DNA of 64,000 nucleotides from Blasia pusilla (Eukaryota): contig CM114271.1 of the NCBI GenBank assembly GCA_050084515.1, positions 44,082,001 to 44,146,000 of the forward strand, given 5' to 3'. This document shows positions 24,101-36,900 of the stretch, piece by piece (the stretch's first letter is position 1; the number at the start of each line of letters is the position of its first letter). The notes below the pieces were generated by a model that was given only the letters and a program-made list of their open reading frames with translations, was not told the origin of the DNA and did not search any database. Made by a program: the position numbers and the translations under genes.

Positions 24101-26016
24101 TCAGACAGTTGCTGAAAATGGAGTATTCGCTTCCTGCGTGCAAGAGAGCTCTTGATTCTTATGGTACATCTCTTCCAAATTATAGAGCCCCAAGAATGTA
24201 GTAATCCACAGTGGATTGTTTTTGGTCACTTTGGCTCCCACCCTCTTGGCAAGAGTTCGTCTTCAGTTGGTTTTCTTTCCTCGTCACTTTTTTGTTGGAG
24301 AAAGTCCCTAACCATGGAGTGGGCTGGTTGTAGCCGATGGTGACATCGATGAACTCGTTAACTTCATGAAGGCTCTGGAGTATGAAGCAGAAGAAGAATG
24401 TATTCGAAACACTTTAGAAGACGATGTGAGTTCTTTCGTATTATCTCCCATGAAGATACCCTCATGTCTTTGCTCTCTAAGTATCATGAGGACAGATTCA
24501 TGGATATGTACTTACTGTGGTTGTGCACTATGCAATTTGGGATAGGATGATGACCGAGAGCTGTCTCCACCTCATGTGGCTAAATCAAGCAAACGGCAAA
24601 GCAAGGTAATTGCTCTTGCAGAAGCGAATAAAAACCACAAGGATGGCTAAAATTACTGGTTCGATTTCCAGTTCATTGATTTGAGTTACAGTCCGCTGTT
24701 TCTGCCATGTTCGTGCAGTTCTTTTAGAAGCTTCCAGCTTGTATTTCCCAAAACATACTATTGAGAATGTAATACTTGCTATTTTAATGGTATGCTTGAT
24801 GCAGTCTGCTTCACTGAACATGGGGTTGTCTGTGGGGGAAATGCGTGAGCAGGATGGATTGTCAGGCATTCCAGTGAAACGAAGAAAGAATACACCTTCA
24901 CTCAAGAGTAAGCGTACCGGACATGGGCCCCTACCATCTGCAGGGTGTCCCGTCAAAATCAAAACTAACAGAACAGGTTTTGGAGTACCAGGCTACCCTG
25001 TGATTCCTCGAAATCTTCCAGAGGATGTAAAGGGGGCACCGTACTTTTATTTTGAAAATGTTTGCACGACACCGAAGGGTTCGTGGGAGAACATTCAGAG
25101 GCATTTATACAACATCAAACCAGAGTTTGTTGATTCTTTGAACTTCACTGCCTGTCGGAGGCCTCGAGGGTATATACATAACCTGCCAGTAGAGGGCAGG
25201 CTTGATCTCCTGCCCAAGCCACCTATGACCATTCAGGAGGTAATGGAACAAAACGGCATGGATGGAAGTTGGCCAAGGTGGGATGATCGGGTGAAATTGT
25301 GTACCATAAATACATCGATCGCATCACATTTTGTCAGAAGGAAAGTGATGCAGTGTTTGCAGAAATCGATTGAGGAGGAGAGGGATCCCACGAAAGATGA
25401 GAAAGAGGATTTCATGTTTTGGGCAAAGAAATGGAATCTCATATGGCTCAACAGCTATGAATTGTCCCCTCTGACCATGGAAGAGACAGAGGTAATCATG
25501 GGTTTCAATCGACATCACACTCGGAGTGTCTTTTCCAACATAAACCGAGCCAAACTACTGGGAAACAGTTTCCAGGTAAACACGGTTGCCTATCACTTCT
25601 CGGTGTTGAAGCCCTTGTTCCCTCAAGGCATGAGAGTTTTGTCTCTGTTCACTGGAATTGGAGGTGCAGAAGTGGCACTGCATAAGTTGGGAATACATTT
25701 AAAAGTGGTAGTGAGTGTTGAAATTGATGAAAACGCAAGAAGTGTTCTGAAGTACTGGTGGAAAAGTACTGGGCAGAGAGGTGTTCTTGTTCATGATTAT
25801 CATGATGTGAACGAGCTAGATTTTGATGTGGTACGAAAGTTAGTTTCCCGATTTGGTGGGTTTGACCTCGTAGTTGGAGGTAGCCCATGTAACAACTTGT
25901 CTGGGAATAATCGATGCACCCGTGTAGGGCTAGAGGGTGAATCATCTATCGCATTCTTTGAATTCCCACGCATACTCACTATGGTTAAAGATTGCATGAG
26001 GGCCATGCGTAGATGA
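21183..26016 (+). CDS. DRM: DOMAINS REARRANGED METHYLTRANSFERASE (de novo C5 DNA methyltransferase) with 3 UBA-like repeats; ~728 aa, ~10 exons
   Basis: Last exon 24805-26016 has the permuted motif order: FYFENV (VI), RPRGYIHNL (VIII), LGNSFQV (X), VLSLFTGIGG (I), GGSPCNNL (IV, catalytic Cys). Upstream in-frame exons: 21453-21518, 22218-22469, 22878-23022, 23189-23268, 23568-23712, 24035-24163, 24334-24425, 24546-24605. The start exon 21183-21188 (ATG GAG|gtgaga) is tentative. Confidence 0.93.
23320..23499. repeat. Tandem duplication (~85-95 bp unit) in a DRM intron
   Basis: tgtattgtcaagtgtccat..cctcgct.acaaatgaggatca.tgctgtctgttaggacgatgtcttgtcatggatttgtgt occurs twice. Confidence 0.9.
23710..23866. 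repeat. Three 52-bp tandem units, each starting with the DRM 5' splice-site sequence
   Basis: gtg|gtatgtg recurs with GT at 23713, 23765 and 23817; each unit also shares tctgttga..a...cttg. Confidence 0.85.
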
Positions 26017-26038
26017 TGAGCAGAGAGTGGTTGCGTAG

Positions 26039-26243
26039 ATAGCTGCAGAAATTTTGTAAAGCTTCTCAATTTTGGAACTCATTATTGAATGCAATCTTAT
26101 AGCTGCAGAGATTTCGCAAAGATTATCAATTTCAGAATTCACTATTGAAAGCAATTTTCGTAAATAATATACACACAACAATTGCGCAGATAGCAGAAAT
26201 TGTGAAGAGTTGGGAACTTGAACTTATTATTGAAAGCAACTTT
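26039..26243. repeat. Three degenerate ~60-bp repeats in the DRM 3' UTR
   Basis: atagctgcaga.att...aaag....tcaatt..gaa.tca.tattgaa.gcaa at ~26039, ~26099 and (more diverged) ~26190. Confidence 0.75.
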
Positions 26244-27970
26244 TAGAATTTGAGGATATTTGTAGCATTTTCTCATGCATCATGCGAATACGAATACGAG
26301 TGAGCATTTCCTCTACCGGTAACTTAAAAAAGAAAAGGTGTCAAACATCAAATCTGACAGGCGATTATCAACTCTTCCAACAGAGGATACTCCAATGAAG
26401 AACACTCATTCGGGAGGCGTTAGCTATGGATCTCTGGATCTGAAATAACGTCTGTTGTGTGAAACGCTCTTGGCAAAGCGACTCCAGTATTGAACGCACA
26501 ATGAGGCAAGCCCAGCAGTCCTTAAATTGGATCCACTTAGTTGAATTTATGGAACACGTACGTCAATGGAAGCAAGAAGTCCAGATCATGGGCAATCGTC
26601 TAATCCATTCCCTTCAAACCTCAAAAAGATACGCCCAGCCCAAATGAAATTTACAGCTTTTATTAAACCGCACGCGCGTGTGGAGGAGGACAAACGAGTC
26701 CTGTGGCCGAGAAGATGTGTTTGCATGGCACCGGCACTCTCTGCGGAATGCTCTGATCTCGAGCGCCGATTTTCCGAGTTCGTCCGTTTTTCCCCGACAC
26801 TCAATAGGGTCTGATCGGAAATCCACTAGTGCGTGCCAGTTTCTTTCACTTTTTACAAAGAAACTGTATTTTCGGGGTCGGGCTTTTCCCGAAGGTTTGC
26901 TGGTCGGATCGGAATTTCCTAGAGTTTAACGGCTGGCAGAATTTCCTAGATTTTACCGGCTGGCTCTATAGAGAATGCCGATTCTGGGCGCCCGTAGATC
27001 TCGAGAACGCTCGGATTCCGAAACGATGGTAGTCATCGTTGTTTCCGCATGTCATCAGCACTCTCTGCTGAATGCTCTCATCTCGAGAAAATAGTGTTTC
27101 GGATCTGATTGGCTCTCGGTATGGGGAGAATGCGGAGCGAGTGCGCAGCCGAGTTTCTTACTTTGATCCAATTCTTCAGAGCTCGTGGGAGATGAGAGGT
27201 TTCTGTCACCTCATCCCTCGAGACTGGCCGGCCTGGGTATCCAAAGGCACGGAGTTTAGTGACCGAGGATTGGCACTTCTTTTCTTTTGAATCTCGATGT
27301 CTTGGACTCTTCCCGACCCTTCGTTTGCATGTTGGTTGCTCTGTCGGAAGAATTTGGGATAGGCTAGCTGCACCGGCATTTTCTGCTGCTCACCACCCAC
27401 GTGAAACACCTGCTTGAGACTTTGGATGGTGCGTGTGATTTGGGGTTCCGTTCCTGTGCGTGGAAGCGTCTGTGCCACACCATTCAGTTGGGACGTAACG
27501 ACATTCCTCAGATGAGCAGGTCTGGCTGCTCGAAGTATATGCTGCCTCGCATCTATAGTACGGTCTGGAGGCAATGGCAACGGAAGTGAGACATTGCAAG
27601 AGTTGAGACGGGTTCTTGCAGCTTCTCGATGCATCGGAGAGCAAGCCCATCTCCACTGTCTAGTAGACCAAATTTGTCCCGCTGACTTTGACGCTGAAGG
27701 TCGGTGGTTAATATCACGAAGGAAAGTTGGTGGAAAACTTCAGCTTTGGAGGTTGAATGATTCCAGTCAGAGTAACTCACTCCAGCCCTAAACAGTAAAA
27801 TGCACATTCCCTCAACATTCCCCGGATCTTTTTATTCGAAAAATGACTCCCTCATGATGAAGACAAAACCCTTCGTGTCTCACCTACACTGTATATCTGT
27901 AAATTCCTGCAATAATACAAGAGTTTCACTAACTGAAACCTCTGATGGGACATCTACCGATACACTCTAA

Positions 27971-30900
27971 TTAGCTCCTGTCAGAGCGCTTGGCCGCGCC
28001 ATTACGGGACTTCTGCGCTCCTCGTTTCATTTTACTTGCTTTGGAAGAGACAGCCTTGGAGGTACTCATACCCCTGCGCTTCCCAGATCCCTTCAGAACG
28101 CTGGACATGGCGTCTCTGGCAGCAGTTCTCTTTGCCTGTCTCCGATTTAGTATCTTACGATCAAGAGGCCAGTAAGCATACGGATCTAATTTCCCATCTT
28201 TCTTCATGTCTCCTCCACCCTTCTTCTTCTGATTTCCATATTCCTCTCCTGTGTAAGCCCAGCTCTTTGCCTTCTTCCTTCCTGGGAGCTCCTTCCTGGA
28301 CTTCGGTTGACCCTTAGTAGATTCTTTACCGCGACTGGTCTTACTTAGGTTGCTCTTACCACCTCTACTCTTTGTTTCATCCTCGTCGTCACTTTCATCC
28401 CTAATTCGCTTGCGCTTTTTCTCATTTTCCTCAATGATCAAGCGACCGTCTGGCGCGAAGTCTGGTTCATCCTCAGAATCATCCTCTCTGCGTTTCTTTT
28501 TCACTACTGACAGGACTTCACGAGTTCTTTGAACATCAAGAAGATCCAGTGGTTCATCACCACCGACATCCATAGAGTCTTCTGGGAGTCGCTTACTTGA
28601 CTTGCGAAGCGTCTTCGATCTGCCCAAGAGAGTTTAACATGACATCCGTTAGTTCAGCTCCAGAGAAAGATAGCTAGCTCTTTTTACCAGAGAAAACTGA
28701 TAGAACACTTATTGCTGAGAATATCTCCTGTTGACAATGACTTACCTAGATATAGAATGAGTTCGAGGTAATAATGGTGACAAAAAGAGTGCAAAGAGAA
28801 ATCTTCACACCTAGCATCCAAAGGAACACAGTTTTGAAGGACCTCAATAGCTTGGAGGGACTCTTGCTAAACTTACAGGATTTTCCCAAAATATATGAAG
28901 CAATGGCGTGCACTTTATAGTTCTTTGCACCATTAGCTGTCTTCTGTCCTTCATTTTGTTCCTGCTTACCCCTACTTCTTCCAACGGGGAAGAACTGTTG
29001 GAATGATTGGGTAGAAGGGTGAGATACTTGTCCTAGACATAAAGAGAAGTTCTGTCTCCATGAACCTTCCTGAACAACATGAATAGCTGAACCCTACTAA
29101 GATTCAAATACCTGCTGTTGTTCGAGGTTTTCGCCATCGAAACTGATTTAACCATAGGGGTAGCCTTCGTGCTGGCATACTCTTCACTATCATCCTCGTC
29201 ATCATCAGAAAACACATCTGTATGATTCCATGCACTTCGCCTGCAGAATAAACAACACAACTTTGCGGTTGGTAAAAATATACAAGAACCACTACATTCT
29301 TACAACCCTGAAAGCTGGTCTCTGAAAAACTTTTCTAACTTTTTGTGGTAGCAAACGACTGCCCAAAAGATAGTGATCTCCCTTCAAACTAGATAGTGAA
29401 ACAATTAACATATTGTTACTTTGAGCATGATTTTCACCCAAACCCCAGTGCATGCTCACAAGAAGGGTCCATACTTCACAGTCCAACAGAACCACTCTAA
29501 GCTGTACTTCAGAGCTTTTCAGACTTGCTATACATTCATGTTCAAAATCTTCCATGGACATTCGTTTTTCCTTATATTTGGTTGCAAGCGTATCGCTTAC
29601 GGAATTAAGATGACTTCTCCACTCACCTGGCTGTTGTTGCGCGTGACTTCACAGACTTTGTATCATCTTCGGTTGTTGGCACTCGTTTCTTCTTCTCCAC
29701 TTGTTCCTTCTTCTGTACCAGGCAATCAAAATGCATGAAACAATAATTAAAATGTTCAAGGTTGCGATCTTTTCTAAACAGAGATTCTAACAGGACTAAA
29801 GGGCTTACTTTGCGAATGTTTGTTAGCAACTTCATGTGCTCCTGTGGCATGACCTTCATAACAGCATCCATTCCACATCTTCGTACCAATCTCTCAATAA
29901 TTTCTCGGACCTGCAAAAAGCAAGCTTAAAATTGGCGCCTTAGCCTTTCAGAGCCTTTCAGAGTTCGAGTATGAAAACTCTGGACAGAAGCATCTCAAAG
30001 GATATTAAAAAATTGGACAGAGATAACGGAATCATGGTATAAAGACCAAATCCACACGGGTCAGCACACTCCAGAATAAACAGTGCACATTAACTACAAC
30101 CACAAAACAGCACACTTTAGTACCTTAGCTTTGAATCGGTTCTTGGAGTCGTCTGACCAAAGCATCAACCCTTGAACCATACTTGGTAAATGCTTTTCAA
30201 GCTCTACAGCCGGTAGACGGGCTATAACCACCTTTACCAGACCTAACACAGACTGAAACATAAATAGTTCACAATGAGAAATACATTAGGTGACTCTGAA
30301 ATACTTCTGTGACCTAAAATTAACTATTTCAAGATTCCCTTCTTCACTTCACTCATAACAACCTTGGGATTCATTGATAGAGAAATGATTTCTCATACCA
30401 AATTAGAAAGATCTACAAGCGGATTACTGAAGTTAGATGACTGTTAGCAGTCGTGAGAGTAGGGCATAAAGTTGCCTGCCTTAATAATCTCTCGATTCTT
30501 GCTACGTAGCAGCATGAGTGCTGAAGGTAGGAGATCGGGAATCGTGTGGCACAGATCCGCTGAGAATTCATAAATAAGCCGAGCAAGAGACGCTACGGCT
30601 GCACTTATCATGTGAGATGTAGTTCCAGCCAAACATCCCAGTATCTGAAGCCCACATGTTTAGAAAGTGTTAAAATATGGATTCCAACTCCCAACACATA
30701 CCTTACAGACGCAACAAGGACCATGTTACAATTCATCCCACAGCTTTATGAAGGCAGTGATGGCGCTAACCAAAGCTCAACTCTTACCATGTTGAAGAAT
30801 CGCATCAAATTCAATTTTGAGCCTCCTCCATCAAGTTCTTCCATAGCATGCCCAATTGATATCAGCAGGTCATAAGCACTGTTCCTTGTTTTCTTGTTGG

Positions 30901-33900
30901 ACTGCCACAGACATGACATAATATGATCAGTGAAGAAAGAGAGCCCTGCAAAGTTGTGATTCAGTTCCTCCCATATTTCTTTACGACTAGTATTGCTGTA
31001 TTAAGCAGTTAGAGAGCTTCACTAGATACTTGCCGACAACTCTGCTGCCAGGTGCTACTATAGAGGAATATTCACAAGATAATCTCCGCACCTACAAACT
31101 TCAAATAAGCAGATGAGCTGAATTAGGGTGGTGAGTATTGTCAACACACTTCAGAGGTCCAGGACTCTAAGTACATATACTATGCGGACTCACCTCTTTT
31201 GTAGCCAGTATTATCTCACTTATGAGAGTGGCAATGGTCTCGTCCTTCTTTTCGTCACCTAACTGCATTGACGAATCCAGCTATAATAGTAAGAAAGGTG
31301 GGAAGGTCAGCAATTTACATTCTGGGCCATAGCCTACAAGTGGACTCACTCATTGTCTTGTACTTCTCAATGATTAGTATTACAAGGATCAGAAGGCAAA
31401 CTTTTAACTCATCTGCCCATGGGCTATTAGTTGCCTAGAAATGCCTCTTATTCCATGACATACCTTTGAGAAGTGAATGACAATGTAGTGCACACAATCG
31501 AGTCGGTGTCGTCGCGCACTCGAGTGGCAAGATGCCAAGGATAGGAGAAGTGTCTCCAGCATCTCTTCTGACCTCTTAGCAAGAAAGTCCGCATTTGCCT
31601 TCACAAATAAAGAGCAGTAGTGATTTAGAGGGAGAGTTTTACTGAGGGTTCACTGAGTGGGTGGACATTTTGGTACACATCCTACTCGTGTTTGAAATTC
31701 CAGGATATCTCAAGGTCTAGAAATTCCTTGAGAACAACGTATATATGGGACATACCTTACAGATGGTTGATACAATCTTGTATGCTTTCTTTTGAACTAA
31801 TCCATCATTATCCTGTACAATGCACGAAAGCCCAGTTTTGAAGATGAGAAAAACAGAGGACTCATTCCAACAGTTGCAGTTCTGCTCAGTCAACAAATAA
31901 TTACCTCTACTATCTTAATCTCACTTCCGACATAGGTGCAATAGACACCCACCTGTAAAGCAGGCACTGCAGTAGTATAAAGCATGCTCAGTCCCTCTTC
32001 ATCCAAGCCTTGAATAAGGGATAGAGCAAGATCCATGAAGACACACCTGTGACACAGACCAATCATTGCATTCAAGATGTAGCTTGGAACAAGACAAGTT
32101 TTCATGTATGAAGAAATAAGAGAGTTTTACTTTTGCAGCTTGACCTACCGCACGATCATTACTCACTCTCTCCGGTCATGAAGGTCTAGGTTGCACATCA
32201 TAGCTAAAGCTGAAAAAGAGGAGAGTTCTGATCCTCGTGCCCATTGAAAATGCTAAAGTTTTTGGCATCCATTAAATCCTTCATTCCCACGCATGCACTT
32301 ACACTGATACACATAGATGACCAGGAATAATTCTATCCAGGCAAGCAGCTAGACAAGACTGCCTACAGGGTAGGATGTTTATGGGCCTCTTTGGACATTG
32401 TTGAGAATCCAGTATTGGTATATCATGACATTAACAAAACTCACAACCTGGAACCCTGCACTGCTCTCTTATTGAATCTGAAGCACAAAGTTACACCCTG
32501 CATACCTGCGGGAGGTGGCAGTTTCTTCAGAACTGGTAGAATCAACTTGCATGGTATCCTGCTTGGGATTTGGTGTCGCAGCCTCCTGGGTTGCTATGAG
32601 TAATTTCTTCATTATTGCAATGAAGAAGTTTTTTACAGTTTGCTGGTTGGAGATTGAGGCAATTGATGCAATGGTTGCCTGCACAACCATGAAAGGCCCA
32701 TCAGAGCAACGTATCATGGTCAAGATCATAAACCAAAAGTTCATTCAAGTGAATTTAGTTTAAGGATGAACCCACTTGTATAGAAAGATGTCTAGCACTA
32801 TTTCAGAAGACTTCCAGAGGTAACATAGATGTCTCAACTTTCCTGACATCTCCAGTTTGAAAGAAGAAATTGTCAACCTGTGTCAAATCAAAACTAAAAT
32901 TGAACATCATACATGCCCTTCCTACTGAAAGCTGACATAGAAGAAATTCCAAGAGTGATCACTCAAGGGTGTCAATTATTTGAACTGAACACATGATTGA
33001 AGGTATCAGTACCTGCAAGTGTCCCCGCTTTTCTGAGGGAGAAGCAAGAAACAGGTTAAACAGGAGAGGCAAAAAATTGCGTGAGTATGCAGCGATAGCT
33101 GTAAGATTTGATGAGGCTACAGCAGCTGTATAAGCAGCCCTAGCCCTTGCCTCAGGAATACTCAACTCTCTGGAGTTCAATTCTTCCATTGCTGCCATTT
33201 CACTCTTTCCTTCCAACTTGTCTCCTCGTGCCAATCTATTCTGCAGGATGAGCATCTGCATTCAACAGAAATACAATCCAGCCATCCTCTTAATACTCTT
33301 GGCTGCACTTCCAATATTTAGAGCAAAAAACGGGAAAAAAAAACACTTTACCTCTCAAATTGTACCGTATATCACTAGTAGGGCACACGAGACTTCCAAC
33401 AATACCAATGAATTGGATTTCACATAAAATCGCTGAGTTATTTTGAAATAATAGAAGTCAGCATACTATGGATATGACAGTACAGCTTGTGGGCCTTTAG
33501 GTTAGCATGTCAAGGTGTGTCAAGATTGTAACCCTGGGAGAGTACTCATTAAGTAGTGCATGTCGTAGTCTCACATTGGTTATGTCGAGAAATAGTCCAG
33601 GGAAGCAAACGGGTTAATTTGATACCGCCACAGCACACAAGCTAAAAAATTACACCTTAAGCACTAGTAGGGTACTAGGATCCCAGACAATTAACTTACA
33701 CACCTGTAGCGACGAGCATATCAGCCCCCTCAGATCAGATTCTTTGTTAAGTGCATCTCCTAAAGTCTTCGCAATTCGACCAAAGTCTTTAGCAGTATCT
33801 GCTGGATAGTTGCAAACTGATGGCAGCAGAGCCCAGAGCGACTCCACACAAGACTCAACATTCTTTGCAGCCACAGGCTTCCCTTCAGTTATCAGCTGCA

Positions 33901-36900
33901 ATAAGAAATAGTTCAAAATGGTAAATCAGATTCTATTGATTGTGAACCAGCATATTCTACAGGACAAAGAACAGCGTGCGTAGCAAGATGCTCCATTCAC
34001 TTTCAAATAGTCTCCACACCATCACACCTTTTGGCGACACTCTCGGAGCCTATTGGCAAGAGGTAGCAGATAATCTGCAAAAAACCCAAGTCGGGCTCCA
34101 ACCATGTGCTGCTTCAGGATAGGGAGCAACCATATCCGAGATTTAGATAAATCCAGACTATCCATATCCAAGGGTAGAAGAGTCAAAAACTCTTCTGGAC
34201 CCATAGCAGCCAGAGCCGCCCCTAGAGTTTTGTGAAGCTGCACCCAGACAGTACCAATAAGTCTTTGTGTCAGATCTGTATGCAAGTTGGTCTCTTCTGA
34301 TAAACTTGCCACATAAGTCATCCACTCCACTCTCATTTCAGAGTCACCATCAAAAGATAACATAGATTCCATATACTCACACTTGATGTGTCGAGCTGCC
34401 CATACAAGAGCTATTGCAGTCCATACAGCAACAAGAATAAATGATCTTCAACACAACTAAACGAAGATCAAACAAGGCAAGACTAGAGTCATTATCAAAC
34501 TCAGAGAAAATTCAGCTCTAGGATATTTTAAAACTTTCTAGACGTTCAAATCAAAATAGGTAGTGAATTAAGACGGTGATGCATTTAGTTACACAATAGT
34601 TGCTTCATTTACCAAGTGAGAAGCAGCCAACTATACTTAACATCAGTGGCTGTGATCATCCTCCACAAGCAGGGATAGAAGGAATCACAAATCAAAACGA
34701 AGAAAAAGGGCCAAGAGAAGAAGAAAGTTGGTTCACACCAGACAGCTGATAGTGCACAACTTCCTAAGGCAAGCATATTCGAAGAAATACAGTACAAAGC
34801 TTCATTTACCAAGTGAGAAGCAGCCAACTATACTTAACATCAGTGGCTGTGATCATCCTCCACTAGCAGGCATAGAAGGAATCACAAATCCAAACGAAGA
34901 AAAAGGGCCAAGAGAAGAAGAAAGTTGGTTCACACCAGACAGCTGATAGTGCACAACTTCCTAAGGCAAGCATATTCGAAGAAAGACGGTACAAAGCACA
35001 ACCAACCATTGACACACTCACAGCTGCATGGACCAGTACTGGCCAATCAATATCAATTCACATGCAGATAAAAATGAATGAGACTCTGACATTCACGTCT
35101 ACATTAAAATAGAATTTGCTTGATCCCAACAGTAATATAAATTCATGGACTTTGGACAAGTGCCGTTGATCAAGGCATCAAACAAACTGAGTGATAAAAA
35201 ATAGGTCAAGTCTAATTGCCCACCTTCTTCCGGCAAGTTATGTCGTGGTCAGGAAGGCGTTGCAACTCTGCTAAAGTCCTAACTGTTCCAGGCATTAGCA
35301 TATATGAAGATGGCCCTGCAGGGAAGACTCTTCCACTCAGTTCGCCTTCTATGAAAGATTTCAACTACTACATGTATGATGCTTCAGGATACAAGATAAA
35401 TGAAGACAAGGTTCCAATTTAGCACTTGGTGGGGTGGCAAGGGTTTTGATCAATGCAATGAATTGCTGCAGGGACGAGTCTGTATATCTCTACCACAGTA
35501 CGAGATCACCGCGTCAGGGCTAGACCTACCACTGTTGTGCTTTAGGCAGTCAGCCATGAATGAAATTGAATGAGTTTGGGAGTCAGTGATACTAGTAGTG
35601 GGTACAATCTTCTGCAGGCGGCCAAAGATCACCAGAGCAGAGGAGGGTAGAGAACGTACACATGGAGAATGTGAGAGAGGAAGATGTCACTTCAGATTGA
35701 TCGTGAGATTGAGAGAAAAGGAAAGGAGCTCAAATTCTGAAATGGCAGGAAGAGCGGTGAAGCTGCCTAGAAGCTTTGGGGGTCTGGTACTATTGTCAAT
35801 GCTTGCTTTTGGCATTCTTAGCTCATGGGAAGTGGTTTTTGGGGTATTTTCTTTAGCTGCCATGGAGGTGTTGGGGACTCTGGAAAAGGATGAAGAGGGC
35901 TCCTGTGGTTCAGTCAGAAAGGATTGTGAGGGATCTAAGGCTTGGTTATTTACGGGGCAGAGGGGAGCCTTGTGTGGAGCTCCACAGCTCCATTATCTGT
36001 GCTAGGGTTGGATGAGCAGCATGTTGTTGGAAGTGGTGAAACGAGAGAGATGGAATAAGAGGCAGCTTATTGGGGCAGGAGATCCAAGATCACATTTAGT
36101 AAGATCCAGGATGGTGACCTTCATTTAGAAGGTCGCCATCTTGATCTGTGCTTTTTGTGAGGGTAAACGATGCACATTGATGACAGCATAAATAATGCAC
36201 ATTGACTCAAAAAGCTAGCAGGTACAGTACCCACCCAGCTTGTCAAACAGAGCTGAGACTACATGTAAGGCCATATCCCAGGCTGTGCTGTACTGGTATC
36301 CAAGCAAACTTTCTGCAATCACGCATATTCTTTCGATCACAGAGGGTGATCCTTTGCGCTTCTCTACTGGCAGCTTCAGGCGGTTGACCCCTTCTTGAAC
36401 CACAAACTCGTCAACACAGTCCACAACCAAACTTCTCATACATTCTGAGGCTCCAAATATAATCTCCTCTTGTTCTGCTGCCAAGAGTCCTGCACAGTCA
36501 AAGATCAGGGATGAGGATGTTACATTGGATATACGATGTGGTTGCTATCTACTGAATAATTCTTCGTGACTTAAGGGCAAATCTTTGTAACTCAGGATGG
36601 AGAATAAAAACTGTTTTCTATACAAGCTCCGGAGGTAAACATGCTAGAGAGTGGATGTCACCAAAAGACATAGGACATTTTAACGCTCAACCTGGGCACT
36701 TTGAACCACAACACCCGGAAAGAGCCTGAACCACTCCCAACATGTGATCTGACATCATGATTGCACCGCATTCCGGCGGTGAAGGGAAGCCGTATTGATG
36801 TCTGGCAGCAATTGGGCTGTGAAGCATAGTCAGAGAGGCAAGGATAACTAACCTGAAAGAGCTGTAAATACAGCGGCAAGCTTGAGTGCACATGCACTCG

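Noticed and set aside
23320-26243. Short repeat arrays considered as CRISPR-like
   Set aside because: Eukaryotic intron/UTR context, contiguous degenerate units without unique spacers, and no cas genes.
27848-27950. Box C (ATGATGA) and box D (CTGA) with TCCC/GGGA ends
   Set aside because: No convincing rRNA guide of 10 nt or more recognised, and it lies antisense to the expected RRP12 3' UTR.
35586-36005. 139-aa plus-strand ORF inside an RRP12 intron
   Set aside because: Non-ATG start and no motif; possibly a decayed TE, but no termini or TSD found.
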